Shown: positions 42,488-51,360 of the stretch, one piece after another | How positions within the stretch are numbered: position 1 is the first letter of the stretch | Layout of the letters: every line of letters starts with the position of its first letter | Assembly (NCBI GenBank): GCA_016193195.1 | Contig: JACPSQ010000035.1 | Coordinates: 2,435-55,360, forward strand | Direction: 5' to 3' | DNA from: Candidatus Omnitrophota bacterium | GTDB lineage: Bacteria > Omnitrophota > Gorgyraeia > Aquiviventales > Aquiviventaceae | Length of the DNA: 52,926 nt | The notes under the pieces: model-generated | What the model saw: the letters and a program-made list of their open reading frames with translations, nothing else | Database searches by the model: none | What the model was told of the DNA's origin: nothing | Made by a program: the position numbers and the translations under genes

Positions 42488-43743
42488 CGCCGGCGCTGTC
42501 ATCCCGCGAACGCCGGGCGCTGATCGGCGTGGTGCTGTTGAGCGTGATCGTGCGCGTGGCGGTTCGGCTGGCCTGCCACGGGCAGGCGGTAGAGACGTTC
42601 GAGCATGAGGACATCGCGCAGCACCTGCTGGAAGGCCGGGGGTTTGGGCTGGAGAGCTACGGGGGTGCGTGGTACCGCACGTTCGGCAGCCCGCCCTTTG
42701 CCTACCTATGCGCGGCGGTGTATGCCCTGACCGGGCATTCGCACGCAGCGATGCTGGGCGTGCAGTGGCTGTTCTCGGCGGTGACGGTGGCGGCCTGTTA
42801 TCTCCTCGGCCGCCGGCTGTTCTCCGCGCGCGCGGGACTGGCGGCGGCTCTGCTGACGGCGTGCCACCCCGGGTTCGTGTTCTATGACACGCAGAAGATC
42901 AATGCCCTGAGCCTGGATGCGATGCTGGCGGTACTGGGGATCGCCAGCGTGTTCGCGCTGAAGGTGGGGCGCTCGCTGAAGACGGCGGTGGCCACCGGCG
43001 TGGTGCACGGGCTGGCGCTCTTTGAGCGGAGCACGCAAGTGGCGTTGGCGCCGCTGGCGGCGCTGTCTCTGTGGCAGTCGCGGCGCGCCGGCGGGTTCGT
43101 CCGCCGCGCGGCGGTGTACGGGATCGCGATCCTGGCCGTGATGGGCCCGTGGATCGTGCGGAACCTTCTGCTCTATCACCGGCCCGTGCTCGTCACCACG
43201 ACGAGCGCGGACGTCTTCTGGCGGGGCAACAACCCACTTGCCAGCGGCGGCGCGTACGCGAACGGGCGGCCCGGCGTCTCCGTGTTTGAGGCCAGCCCGC
43301 CCGAGTTTCAGCGCCAGATGGTGGGGAAGGGCGAGCTCGCCCAAAGCGACATCTTCCGGCGGGAAGGGATGGCGTACGTGCGGAGCCATCCGAGGGAAGC
43401 GCTGAAACTCTACGCGCTTAAGCTAAAGATTTTTTGGTGGTTCGCTCCAGCCACCGGGTTCCTGTATCCGCCCGCGTACCTGACGGTCTACAAAGTCTAT
43501 TACGGGTTCCTGCTTGGGCTGGCGGCCTTGGGGCTGTGGGCCGCCGTCCAGGCCTCGACGGCGCAGCAGCGGCAGGAGCAGGCCATGCTGGCCGGGTTTC
43601 TCCTGTCCGTGTCCCTCGTGCAGGCGGCATTTTACGTGGAGATTCGGCATCGGTGGGGCGTCGAGCCGCTGCTCTTGCTGTGGTCGGCGGCCGGCGGCGT
43701 CGCGCTTTGCGAAGCGGCCGGGCGCCGCCTGCGTACGAGCTGA
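42484..43743 (+). CDS. GT-C membrane glycosyltransferase, ArnT/PMT_2-like
   Basis: ATG 42484 makes an ATGA overlap. 'LIGVVLLSVIVRVAV', first loop 'FEHEDIAQHLLEGRGFG'. More than 9 hydrophobic segments. Confidence 0.75.
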   Translation: MTPALSSRERRALIGVVLLSVIVRVAVRLACHGQAVETFEHEDIAQHLLEGRGFGLESYGGAWYRTFGSPPFAYLCAAVYALTGHSHAAMLGVQWLFSAVTVAACYLLGRRLFSARAGLAAALLTACHPGFVFYDTQKINALSLDAMLAVLGIASVFALKVGRSLKTAVATGVVHGLALFERSTQVALAPLAALSLWQSRRAGGFVRRAAVYGIAILAVMGPWIVRNLLLYHRPVLVTTTSADVFWRGNNPLASGGAYANGRPGVSVFEASPPEFQRQMVGKGELAQSDIFRREGMAYVRSHPREALKLYALKLKIFWWFAPATGFLYPPAYLTVYKVYYGFLLGLAALGLWAAVQASTAQQRQEQAMLAGFLLSVSLVQAAFYVEIRHRWGVEPLLLLWSAAGGVALCEAAGRRLRTS

Positions 43744-43744
43744 C

Positions 43745-43921
43745 ATGGCCCCGGCACGGCCTTTGCGCGTCGCGCTGTTCATTTCCGCCAATTCGTATGG
43801 CGGGATCAACTGCGTCGGGGATTCGCCCTGGGAGCTCAAGCGGACCCGGATCGGGTGGGAAGATCGGTTATGGCGGTTCCGCTTGAAAATGGCGGGAGCC
43901 TACGATTGGATCGATCGATGA
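43745..43921 (+). CDS. Candidate 58-aa small ORF (or gene remnant), Trp/Arg-rich
   Basis: ATG 43745 lies 2 nt after the upstream stop. Its TGA 43919-43921 overlaps ATG 43918 of the next gene (ATGA). The sequence is MAPARPLRVALFISANSYGGINCVGDSPWELKRTRIGWEDRLWRFRLKMAGAYDWIDR. No family is recognised. Confidence 0.35.
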   Translation: MAPARPLRVALFISANSYGGINCVGDSPWELKRTRIGWEDRLWRFRLKMAGAYDWIDR

Positions 43922-45138
43922 GAGTGCTGCGCGTCCTCACGCGCCTGAATATCGGGGGGCCCGCCATCCATGCGGCTCTGCTCTCCACGAGACTGGATCC
44001 TGCGCGCTTCGCCACCTGGCTGGTGGTCGGTGAGCCGGAGGCGACCGAAGGCGACTTGAGCGCGCTCGTCCGCGATTCACCGGCGCGTCTCATTCACTTG
44101 CGGACGCTCAAGCGCCCGATTCGTCCGTGGGCGGATCTCGTATCACTCATCCGCCTTATCCGGATCCTCTGGGACGTCCGTCCGCAGCTCATCCATACCC
44201 ATATGGCCAAGGCTGGGGCCTTGGGTCGGCTGGCTGGTCTGATCTATAATCGGTTCGGGGATGGCCGAAGACCAGGTCAGCGTGCCGTGCTCATCCACAT
44301 CTTCCATGGCCATGTGCTTGATGGCTACTTCCCGGGGTGGCTCTCACAGGTGTTCGTGATGATCGAGCGATGGCTGGCCCGACACACCGATGTGCTAATT
44401 GCGGTCAGTGGGGCGATTCGGGATGAGCTCCTGCAAAAAGGCGTGGGTCGTCACGACCGGTGGCGCGTCGTCCCGCTTGGGGTGGATCTCTCAGGATTGG
44501 TGCAGTTGCCCTTTCCTCAGGGGACGAGCCCGCTCCGGGTCGGCGTGGTGGGCCGGTTGGTTCCGATCAAGAACACCAGTCTCTTTCTGCAGGCCTTCGC
44601 GAGTCTTGCGCGAGAGCCCTCCAGTCCTGCCATGCGAGGCGTCGTCGTCGGCAATGGCCCGCTGCGCGAGACCCTTGAGCGCGAAGCAAGACGCCTTGGC
44701 CTGGAGCAGGTCGTCCACTTTACCGGGTGGCAGCGGGATCTGCGCGCCGTCTACGAGGACCTGGACGTGGCCTGCCTGACCTCCTGGAACGAGGGCACGC
44801 CGGTCTCGCTCATCGAGGCGATGGCGGCCGGCCGCGCGGTCGTGGCCACGGATGTCGGGGGCGTTCGGGATGTGCTTGAGCCGGAAGGCGGCTCGAACGG
44901 GCCGATCCAACCGGGTGGGTTCCGCCGGGCCGCCCTCGGGCTCCTCGTTCGGCCCGGGGATGTGGAGGGATTGGCCGAGGCGCTTCGGGTGATGGCCGCG
45001 GATTCGGCGTTGCGCGCTCGGATCGGCCAAGCTGCGCGGGCCTCCGTGACGCAGCGCTTCTCGGCGGAACGGCTGATTCGAGAGATGACGCAACTCTATG
45101 ATTCGCTGCGGCCGCTGGAGGGCACACAGAGGGCATGA
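43918..45138 (+). CDS. Glycosyltransferase, GT4 family
   Basis: I prefer ATG 43918 ('MRVLRVLTRLNIGGPAIHAALLSTRL'). Also 'HTHMAKAGALG', 'VGVVGRLVPIKN', 'LTSWNEGTPVSLIEAMAAGRAVVATDVGGVRDVL'. Confidence 0.85.
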   Translation: MRVLRVLTRLNIGGPAIHAALLSTRLDPARFATWLVVGEPEATEGDLSALVRDSPARLIHLRTLKRPIRPWADLVSLIRLIRILWDVRPQLIHTHMAKAGALGRLAGLIYNRFGDGRRPGQRAVLIHIFHGHVLDGYFPGWLSQVFVMIERWLARHTDVLIAVSGAIRDELLQKGVGRHDRWRVVPLGVDLSGLVQLPFPQGTSPLRVGVVGRLVPIKNTSLFLQAFASLAREPSSPAMRGVVVGNGPLRETLEREARRLGLEQVVHFTGWQRDLRAVYEDLDVACLTSWNEGTPVSLIEAMAAGRAVVATDVGGVRDVLEPEGGSNGPIQPGGFRRAALGLLVRPGDVEGLAEALRVMAADSALRARIGQAARASVTQRFSAERLIREMTQLYDSLRPLEGTQRA

Positions 45139-46250
45139 GCCGGCGGCGGGTGTGCCTTAGGGTTGTGGGTGGAGTGGTTGCGCTGGGCTTGCTGGCGGCG
45201 CTGGCGCCCATCGGGATCCTGTGGTGTCCTGGTGCAGCGTCCTGGCGCGCGCACAGCTACCGGCGAGTGCTGTATACCCATCTCGCAACGCGCATCGCGC
45301 AGGGATGTCGTTCGACCCCAGAGGTGATCGACGCCACCGGCGAATACGTCCAGACACATCTCTGGCCGGCGGTTGACGTCGTGCCGTACGACGGCAAGCC
45401 GCTCAGTTACTTGGTGAATGGCATCGGCTGGTGCGACTACATGGCGAAAGTCTACATGCGGCTGCTGGCGGTCCATCATATCCCGGCGCGCTACGCGATG
45501 CTGCGGGAGGCCGGTGGCGGCTCTCCCCACACCGTCGCGGAAGTCTGGTATCGCAACCGGTGGGGGGTGCACGATGTCCTGTTTGGCATCCGCTTTACCG
45601 ATGCCCAGGGCGAGCCGCTGACGCTGGAGGAACTGTCTCGTTCGCCTGAGTTACTTGAGGCGCAGTCCCCGATGAGGTGGTTACGTCAAGAAGCGGTTGG
45701 CAGGACCGAGGAGATCCGCGAACTCTACGGACGCGTCCTGCCCGTCCCCATGCCGCCTCGTCGATCACATGCCGGGACCGCGCGCCTGACGCCGTTCGAT
45801 CGTGTGCTCATGCGCTACGTGGCATGGGGCGGGCAGCCGTTTGTGGACTGGTATCAAGACCGGTATCTGGCTTCCAGCGGAGTGGCGCGACCATCGACTC
45901 CTGAGGAACGCTTGACGCTCGCCCGTCACTGGCATATGGCGGGGCGGAGGGCGATCGCGCGGCGCGCCTACGAGCGTTGCCTCCGCGAAGGAACCGGCTC
46001 CCCCGCCGCTTCCGATGCGCGGTTCTGGCTCGGGCTCCTGCACTGGGAACTCGAGGCGGACGCCGTCGCCGCCCTCCAGACTTTTGAGACCTTGTTGGCC
46101 GACAATCCCAACTCCCACTGGCGCGCGTTGGCGTGGTATTATATGGGCCGCTGCGAGGAGGCGCTGGGACGTGCCGGTCAGGCCCAGGTGTGGTATACCA
46201 AGGCGCTCGGTGGGGGGGTCGTGACAGCCCGTCAGGGGATAGGAGGTTGA
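45135..46250 (+). CDS. Membrane-anchored transglutaminase-like protein (Cys/His/Asp candidates present) with C-terminal TPR-like repeats
   Basis: The anchor is 'VVGGVVALGLLAALAPIGILW'. The core is 'GIGWCDYMAKVYMRLLAVHHIPARYAML....SPHTVAEVWYRNRWGVHDVLFG'. The TPR-like part is 'HWHMAGRRAIARRAYERCL', 'WRALAWYYMGRCEEALGRAGQAQVWYTKAL'. Confidence 0.7.
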   Translation: MSRRRVCLRVVGGVVALGLLAALAPIGILWCPGAASWRAHSYRRVLYTHLATRIAQGCRSTPEVIDATGEYVQTHLWPAVDVVPYDGKPLSYLVNGIGWCDYMAKVYMRLLAVHHIPARYAMLREAGGGSPHTVAEVWYRNRWGVHDVLFGIRFTDAQGEPLTLEELSRSPELLEAQSPMRWLRQEAVGRTEEIRELYGRVLPVPMPPRRSHAGTARLTPFDRVLMRYVAWGGQPFVDWYQDRYLASSGVARPSTPEERLTLARHWHMAGRRAIARRAYERCLREGTGSPAASDARFWLGLLHWELEADAVAALQTFETLLADNPNSHWRALAWYYMGRCEEALGRAGQAQVWYTKALGGGVVTARQGIGG

Positions 46251-47237
46251 ATGCGGGTGTTGGTGACAGGGGGAGCGGGGTTCATCGGTTCGCACCTCGC
46301 GGAGGCCCTGGTGGCGCGGGGCGATCAGGTGACGATTCTTGACAACCTCTCCACCGGCCGCTACGAGCATGTCGCGCATCTGGACGGCCGACCGGGATTC
46401 CAGATCGTCACCGGGACCATCCTCAACGAACCGCTGGTCGATAAGCTGGTGGAACGCTGCGACGTGGTCTTTCACCTGGCGGCGGCGGTGGGGGTGGAGC
46501 TCATCATTAAGAAGCCCTTGGAGTCCTTGATGACGAATATCCGGGGCAGCGAAGTGGTCTTGGAGATGGCCCACCGCTACCGCAAGAAAGTGCTGATTGC
46601 CTCGACCTCGGAGATCTACGGCAAGAATACCAACGGGCCGCTGCGCGAAGACACCGACCGGATCCTCGGCTCGCCGCTCAAAAGCCGATGGAGCTACTCG
46701 ACGTCCAAGGCGGTCGACGAAATCCTCGCGTATATCTACTGGAAGGAGAAGGGCGTGCCGACGGTCATCGTCCGGCTCTTCAACACGGTCGGCCCCCGCC
46801 AGAGCGGGGCGTATGGCATGGTGATCCCGCGGTTCGTGGCCAACGCCCTGGCGGGCACGCCGCTGCAGGTGCACGGGACGGGCAAGCAGTCGCGGTGCTT
46901 CCTGCATGTGAGGGATGTGGTGGAGGCCGTGCTGAAACTCGCGGACCATCCGGCGGCGGTCGGAGAGGTCTTCAACCTCGGAAGCCAAGAAGAAGTGACG
47001 ATTGAGGAGCTAGCCCGGCGGGTGATCCGCCTGACGAAGAGCGCCTCGACGATCGAGCGCATTCCCTACGAACAGGCCTATGAGGAGGGCTTCGAGGATA
47101 TGCCTCGCCGCGTTCCCGATATCAGCAAGATCCGATCGCTGATTGGATTTACACCGACCATGAACCTTGATCAGATCATCGCTAGCGTGGTGGACAGCCT
47201 GCGTCCCTCCGTGCCGTCGAACGCCCTGCCCGTGTAG
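46251..47237 (+). CDS. NAD-dependent sugar-nucleotide epimerase/dehydratase, UDP-glucuronate decarboxylase (ArnA C-terminal/UXS)-like
   Basis: 'MRVLVTGGAGFIGSHLAEAL', 'VFHLAAAVGV', 'SRWSYSTSKAVDEILAYIYW' (compare the ArnA 'RWIYSVSKQLLDRVIWAY' segment as I remember it), 'RLFNTVGPRQ'. Confidence 0.8.
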   Translation: MRVLVTGGAGFIGSHLAEALVARGDQVTILDNLSTGRYEHVAHLDGRPGFQIVTGTILNEPLVDKLVERCDVVFHLAAAVGVELIIKKPLESLMTNIRGSEVVLEMAHRYRKKVLIASTSEIYGKNTNGPLREDTDRILGSPLKSRWSYSTSKAVDEILAYIYWKEKGVPTVIVRLFNTVGPRQSGAYGMVIPRFVANALAGTPLQVHGTGKQSRCFLHVRDVVEAVLKLADHPAAVGEVFNLGSQEEVTIEELARRVIRLTKSASTIERIPYEQAYEEGFEDMPRRVPDISKIRSLIGFTPTMNLDQIIASVVDSLRPSVPSNALPV

Positions 47238-47239
47238 CA

Positions 47240-49054
47240 ATGGAGCTCCTGCGACCCGTGAGCCTGGTCGGCGCCGCAGGCGCCTCGGCGTTTTGCCTGG
47301 CATTCCTTCTGACTCCCCTCGTCCGCCGCATTGCGGTCCGCGTGGGATGGATCGTCCGCCCCGCCGAGGACCGCTGGGGCAGGCGGGCGACGGCCCGCTC
47401 GGGCGGGATCGCGATGTTCCTCGGATTTCTGGGGGCGTTGCTGGTCTGGGTATCGCTGGAGTCGGTCTCCGTGTGGCTGCTCGGCGGCGCGGCGCTCGTC
47501 TTTGCGTTGGGCTTGTTGGACGACCTGCGCCGGCTCCCGCCGTACACGAAGCTGATCGCTCAGCTCCTTGTGGGATGCCTGATGGTCATTGGAGGCATCC
47601 GGATTGAGCTGGCGCAGTGGACCTGGGTGTCGATCCCGCTGTCGGTCCTCTGGTTCGTCCTGATCATGAACGCGTTCAATCTGCTGGATAACATGGACGG
47701 GCTGGCGGCGGGGATCGGGGCCATCGCGTCTGGATTCTGCATGCTCCATGCGATGCTGGTGGGCCAGGGGACCGTCGCCGTCGTGGCCGCCATGCTGCTG
47801 GGGGTGTGCGTGGGATTTCTCTGGTACAACTTTCCACCCGCGAAAATCTACATGGGCGACTCCGGCAGTCATTTTCTCGGGTTGATGTTGGCGGCCCTGG
47901 CCCTCCTCCTGGGCAGCCCCCCGCACTCCACCTCGCTGCTGAGCGTCTTGGCCGTGCCCTCGCTCGTGCTGGCCGTCCCCCTCTTCGACACCTGTTTTGT
48001 GACCCTGCAGCGTCTCGCCCACCGGCAGCATCCCTTTCTGGGAGGGACGGATCACGTGTCGCATCGCCTGGCCATTCTCGGCTTGTCCGTTCGGCAGACG
48101 GTCTGCGCGCTGTACGGCCTGAGCCTTCTCTTAGGGGTGGTGAGCCTGCTCTCGGCGCAGGTGAAGCCGTTTCAAGCCGCCGTCCTGTGGCTGCTCATCG
48201 GCGCGGTGCTGGTGGTGGTGGGCCGCTACCTCGCGCGGGTCAACGTGTATCGCGTGGGGCCTAAGCCCGCGCAGGCGGCGGTCGAGGACACCGCACGACG
48301 CGCCACGGTGATCGACACGATGCTGTTGCACAAGCGCCGGCTGCTCGAGATCTTAGTCGATTTCGCGCTGCTCAGCAGCACCTACGTGGTGGCCTGGCTG
48401 TTGCGATTCGAGGGGACCCTGCCTCCCTTCTTGCAGCAGTTGATCCTGACGTCGCTGCCGATCATCCTGGTCGTCAAGCTCTCCTGCTTCGCGGGCTGCG
48501 GCGTCTACCGCGGCGTCTGGCGGTACTGGGGGCTCTCAGACGCCGTCACCGTGTTCAAAGCGGTCACGTTGGGCTCGGTGCTGTCCTCCTTGGTGCTGCT
48601 GTTCCTGTGGCGGTTTGAGGGCTATTCCCGTGCCGTGCTGATCATTGATTGGGCGCTGTCGTTCCTCGCCGTCGGTGGCTCGCGCGTGCTGGAGCGGGTC
48701 CTGGACGAGTGGATCGGCACGGTGACCGAACGGGGCGAGCCGGTGATCATTCTCGGAGCGGGCGATACCGGCGAGCGGGTGCTGCGATACCTCAAATATG
48801 ACAGCAAGTCCACGCGCCGGGTCGTGGGGTTTCTCGACGATGACGCGCGAACCCATGGGAACCACATCCATGGCTGCGTGGTGCTTGGCGGGCGGGGACG
48901 GCTCGTCGAGCTGCTCAAGCGGCACCACATCCGTGAGGTGCTGATTGCCATCAGCGATCCGCCGGGGGTCCTGCTCGAGTATGTCCGAGCCTGTTGCGAG
49001 CCGAGCGGGGTCGCCTGGAAGGTGGTCAGTGCAGGGCTCGTGAACACGTTATGA
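47240..49054 (+). CDS. Fusion: WecA/MraY-family polyprenyl-phosphate hexosamine-1-phosphate transferase + 4-TM/Rossmann-like region resembling the N-terminal half of CapD/WbpM/PglF, without the dehydratase domain
   Basis: PNPT motifs: 'LGLLDDLRRLPPYTKL', 'MNAFNLLDNMDGLAAG', 'YNFPPAKIYMGDSGSHFLG'. The C-terminal half has 4 hydrophobic segments, then 'VIILGAGDTGERVLRYLKYDSKSTRRVVGFLDDDARTHGNHIHGCVVLGG...IREVLIAIS'. Confidence 0.8.
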   Translation: MELLRPVSLVGAAGASAFCLAFLLTPLVRRIAVRVGWIVRPAEDRWGRRATARSGGIAMFLGFLGALLVWVSLESVSVWLLGGAALVFALGLLDDLRRLPPYTKLIAQLLVGCLMVIGGIRIELAQWTWVSIPLSVLWFVLIMNAFNLLDNMDGLAAGIGAIASGFCMLHAMLVGQGTVAVVAAMLLGVCVGFLWYNFPPAKIYMGDSGSHFLGLMLAALALLLGSPPHSTSLLSVLAVPSLVLAVPLFDTCFVTLQRLAHRQHPFLGGTDHVSHRLAILGLSVRQTVCALYGLSLLLGVVSLLSAQVKPFQAAVLWLLIGAVLVVVGRYLARVNVYRVGPKPAQAAVEDTARRATVIDTMLLHKRRLLEILVDFALLSSTYVVAWLLRFEGTLPPFLQQLILTSLPIILVVKLSCFAGCGVYRGVWRYWGLSDAVTVFKAVTLGSVLSSLVLLFLWRFEGYSRAVLIIDWALSFLAVGGSRVLERVLDEWIGTVTERGEPVIILGAGDTGERVLRYLKYDSKSTRRVVGFLDDDARTHGNHIHGCVVLGGRGRLVELLKRHHIREVLIAISDPPGVLLEYVRACCEPSGVAWKVVSAGLVNTL

Positions 49055-50292
49055 CGTCGGCGCGGCCGTGGCGCCTGGCCTGTCGCATGCAAGAAGCAGG
49101 CCTGTATGTCCTCTGCGGGTTGCTCCCCTTCTCGAAAGCCGCGATTGAAATCGCCTTCGGCGTCCTCCTGATCGGGTGGCTTGCGGAGCGACTCAACCCC
49201 GCGACCCGGTGGCAGACGGTGTGGCTGGATGGGCGGCTCCGCTCGCTGGCATGGGCGCTGGGAGCCTATCTGGCGGCCTGCGCGCTCTCCATCCCCCTGA
49301 GCGATGCCCCGTCGTTAAGCGTCCGAGGCTTTGTGCGGAAATGGCTGGAATACGCGCTGCTGTTTGTGATGATGGCCGAGCTGGGCGCGCGTCCCACGCT
49401 CGTCAGGCGCGCCATGGCGCTGTTGGCCTGCTCCTCGCTCCTCGTCTTGATCCAGGCGATCTCCCAGGAGATCACCATCTGGCGCACCATCTCTCACTAT
49501 GACAGCCGATTCGTCTACGGACGCATGATGGGGCCCTATGAAAACCCGATTGATCTGGCCACCTACCTGATGGTAGTCGTTCCGGTTCTCCTGATGTTCG
49601 CCCCAGCCTGCCGACCGCCCCTGCGAAGGGCGATCTGGACCTTGGCGACGCTCCTGATCGTCTGTGTGGGGCGGACCCAGGCGCAGGGGGCCTGGGTCGG
49701 CCTGGGGGTTGGGCTGGTGTTGCTCGCCATGTGGGAGCGGCGCATCCGGAAGGCGGTGCTGATGACCGCGCTGGTGGCGCTGTCCCTCATCGGGCTTTGG
49801 CTGCATGCCGGGGGACGGCTCCAGCAGGCCGTGACGACGTTTGATCGGGGGTTCCAGGACCGGCTCTACATGTGGCAGGCGGCCTGGGGGATGATCCGGG
49901 ACCGACCCGTCGTCGGCCACGGCCTCAACACGTTTATGGCCAGGTATCTTGACTACTGGGTGGGCGGCGAGCGGGCGCCGCGGTACGCCCACAACGGCTA
50001 TCTCCAGATCTGGGCGGAGACCGGGCTCATCGGGCTCGGCACGTTCCTCTGGTTGCTCTGGCGGATGTGGACCGGGTGGCTCGCCGGGGCGCGCAGCGCG
50101 TTGGACGATCGTCACCGCATGTTTCTGCTCGGGATGGTGGCGGGGTTGCTGGCCTTCTTGGTCCAGTCTGCCGTCGACACGAATTTTTACTCGTTGCGGC
50201 AGGCCACGCTCTTTTGGGCCCTGGCCGGCCTGGCGACAGGGCTTGCCGTCGTCATAGGGCAGCGGGGGGTTCAGCAGACTCGGACCCCGTGA
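49051..50292 (+). CDS. O-antigen ligase/polymerase family (Wzy_C-type) membrane protein
   Basis: ATG 49051 makes an ATGA overlap. 'GHGLNTFMARY...RYAHNGYLQIWAETGLIGLGTFLWLLW'. About 10 hydrophobic segments. Confidence 0.8.
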   Translation: MTSARPWRLACRMQEAGLYVLCGLLPFSKAAIEIAFGVLLIGWLAERLNPATRWQTVWLDGRLRSLAWALGAYLAACALSIPLSDAPSLSVRGFVRKWLEYALLFVMMAELGARPTLVRRAMALLACSSLLVLIQAISQEITIWRTISHYDSRFVYGRMMGPYENPIDLATYLMVVVPVLLMFAPACRPPLRRAIWTLATLLIVCVGRTQAQGAWVGLGVGLVLLAMWERRIRKAVLMTALVALSLIGLWLHAGGRLQQAVTTFDRGFQDRLYMWQAAWGMIRDRPVVGHGLNTFMARYLDYWVGGERAPRYAHNGYLQIWAETGLIGLGTFLWLLWRMWTGWLAGARSALDDRHRMFLLGMVAGLLAFLVQSAVDTNFYSLRQATLFWALAGLATGLAVVIGQRGVQQTRTP

Positions 50293-50346
50293 GCGAGTCC
50301 CGTCACCCCCTTCCAGCCCTTCATCGTGAGCTGAACGATCCCTGCC

Positions 50347-51360
50347 ATGTTGAGGCCGATCCTGCAGCGGATGCTCTTTATCCGGACAGACCGGCTGGGG
50401 GATGTGCTGTTGAACCTCCCCGCCGTCTTCGCTCTTCGGGCCGTGTATCCGACAGCCCATCTCGCGATGCTGGTGCAGCCTGGGCTCGTGGAGCTCTTCG
50501 ATCGGCGGTGCGGTGTTGACCAGTGCCTCCCGGATGAAGCCGCTGTCAGGATACCCTGGTGGCTGGAGGCAATCCGCCTGGCTCATCGGTTGCGCGCTGG
50601 GCGCTTCGACGTCGTGATCGTGTCCAACCCCCATAAGACGTTCCACCTCGCGACCTTCCTGGCAGGGATCCCGGTGCGCGTGGGGTACGATCGAAAGTGG
50701 GGATGGCTGTTGACCCACCGGATCCCAGATCGGAAAGGTAGCGGTCAGCGCCATGAGGTGGAATATAACCTCGAGCTCCTGAAGCCCCTGGGGATCGCGG
50801 TCCCGGAGCGCCCGCAGTGCGAGTTGCCTCTTGACGAAGAGGCCAACGCCCAATGTGACCGGCTGATACAGGGCAGGGGCATCACGCTGACCGAGCCTCT
50901 GGTGGCTGTTCATCCGTGGAGCTCAAGCGCCAACAAACAGTGGGCGATGGAGCGATTTCGGCGGCTCGTGCAACAGCTCGCGCAGAGGCCGGACGTGAAG
51001 GTCGTGGTGATCGGGGGACAGGAAGAGCGGGATCGAGCGTCTGAGGTTATTCCCGGAGAGGAGCGCGAGCTCATCGTCAACCTGGTCGGGTGTCTTTCTC
51101 TCCGCGAGCTGGCAGCGCTCCTCCGACGGGTCCAGGTGCTGGTGACCAACGATTCCGGGCCCATGCACATCGCGGCGGCGGTGGGGACACCGGTTGTCGC
51201 GCTGTTTGGGACCGGCGACCCCGGCTCGCATCCAACCCGATGGGGGCCGTGGGGATTGCGGCACACCGTCATTCACAGGCCGCTGTCCGAGATCGCGGTG
51301 GATGAGGTGCTGAGGGCTGCGCTGCGCTACGTGACCGCCCCTAACGGGGTGCGGCGATGA
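50347..51360 (+). CDS. Glycosyltransferase family 9 (LPS heptosyltransferase-like)
   Basis: 'MLFIRTDRLGDVLLNLPAVFALRAVYPTAHLAMLV', 'VAVHPWSS...KQWAMERF', 'LVTNDSGPMHIAAAVGTPVVALFG'. Confidence 0.85.
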   Translation: MLRPILQRMLFIRTDRLGDVLLNLPAVFALRAVYPTAHLAMLVQPGLVELFDRRCGVDQCLPDEAAVRIPWWLEAIRLAHRLRAGRFDVVIVSNPHKTFHLATFLAGIPVRVGYDRKWGWLLTHRIPDRKGSGQRHEVEYNLELLKPLGIAVPERPQCELPLDEEANAQCDRLIQGRGITLTEPLVAVHPWSSSANKQWAMERFRRLVQQLAQRPDVKVVVIGGQEERDRASEVIPGEERELIVNLVGCLSLRELAALLRRVQVLVTNDSGPMHIAAAVGTPVVALFGTGDPGSHPTRWGPWGLRHTVIHRPLSEIAVDEVLRAALRYVTAPNGVRR

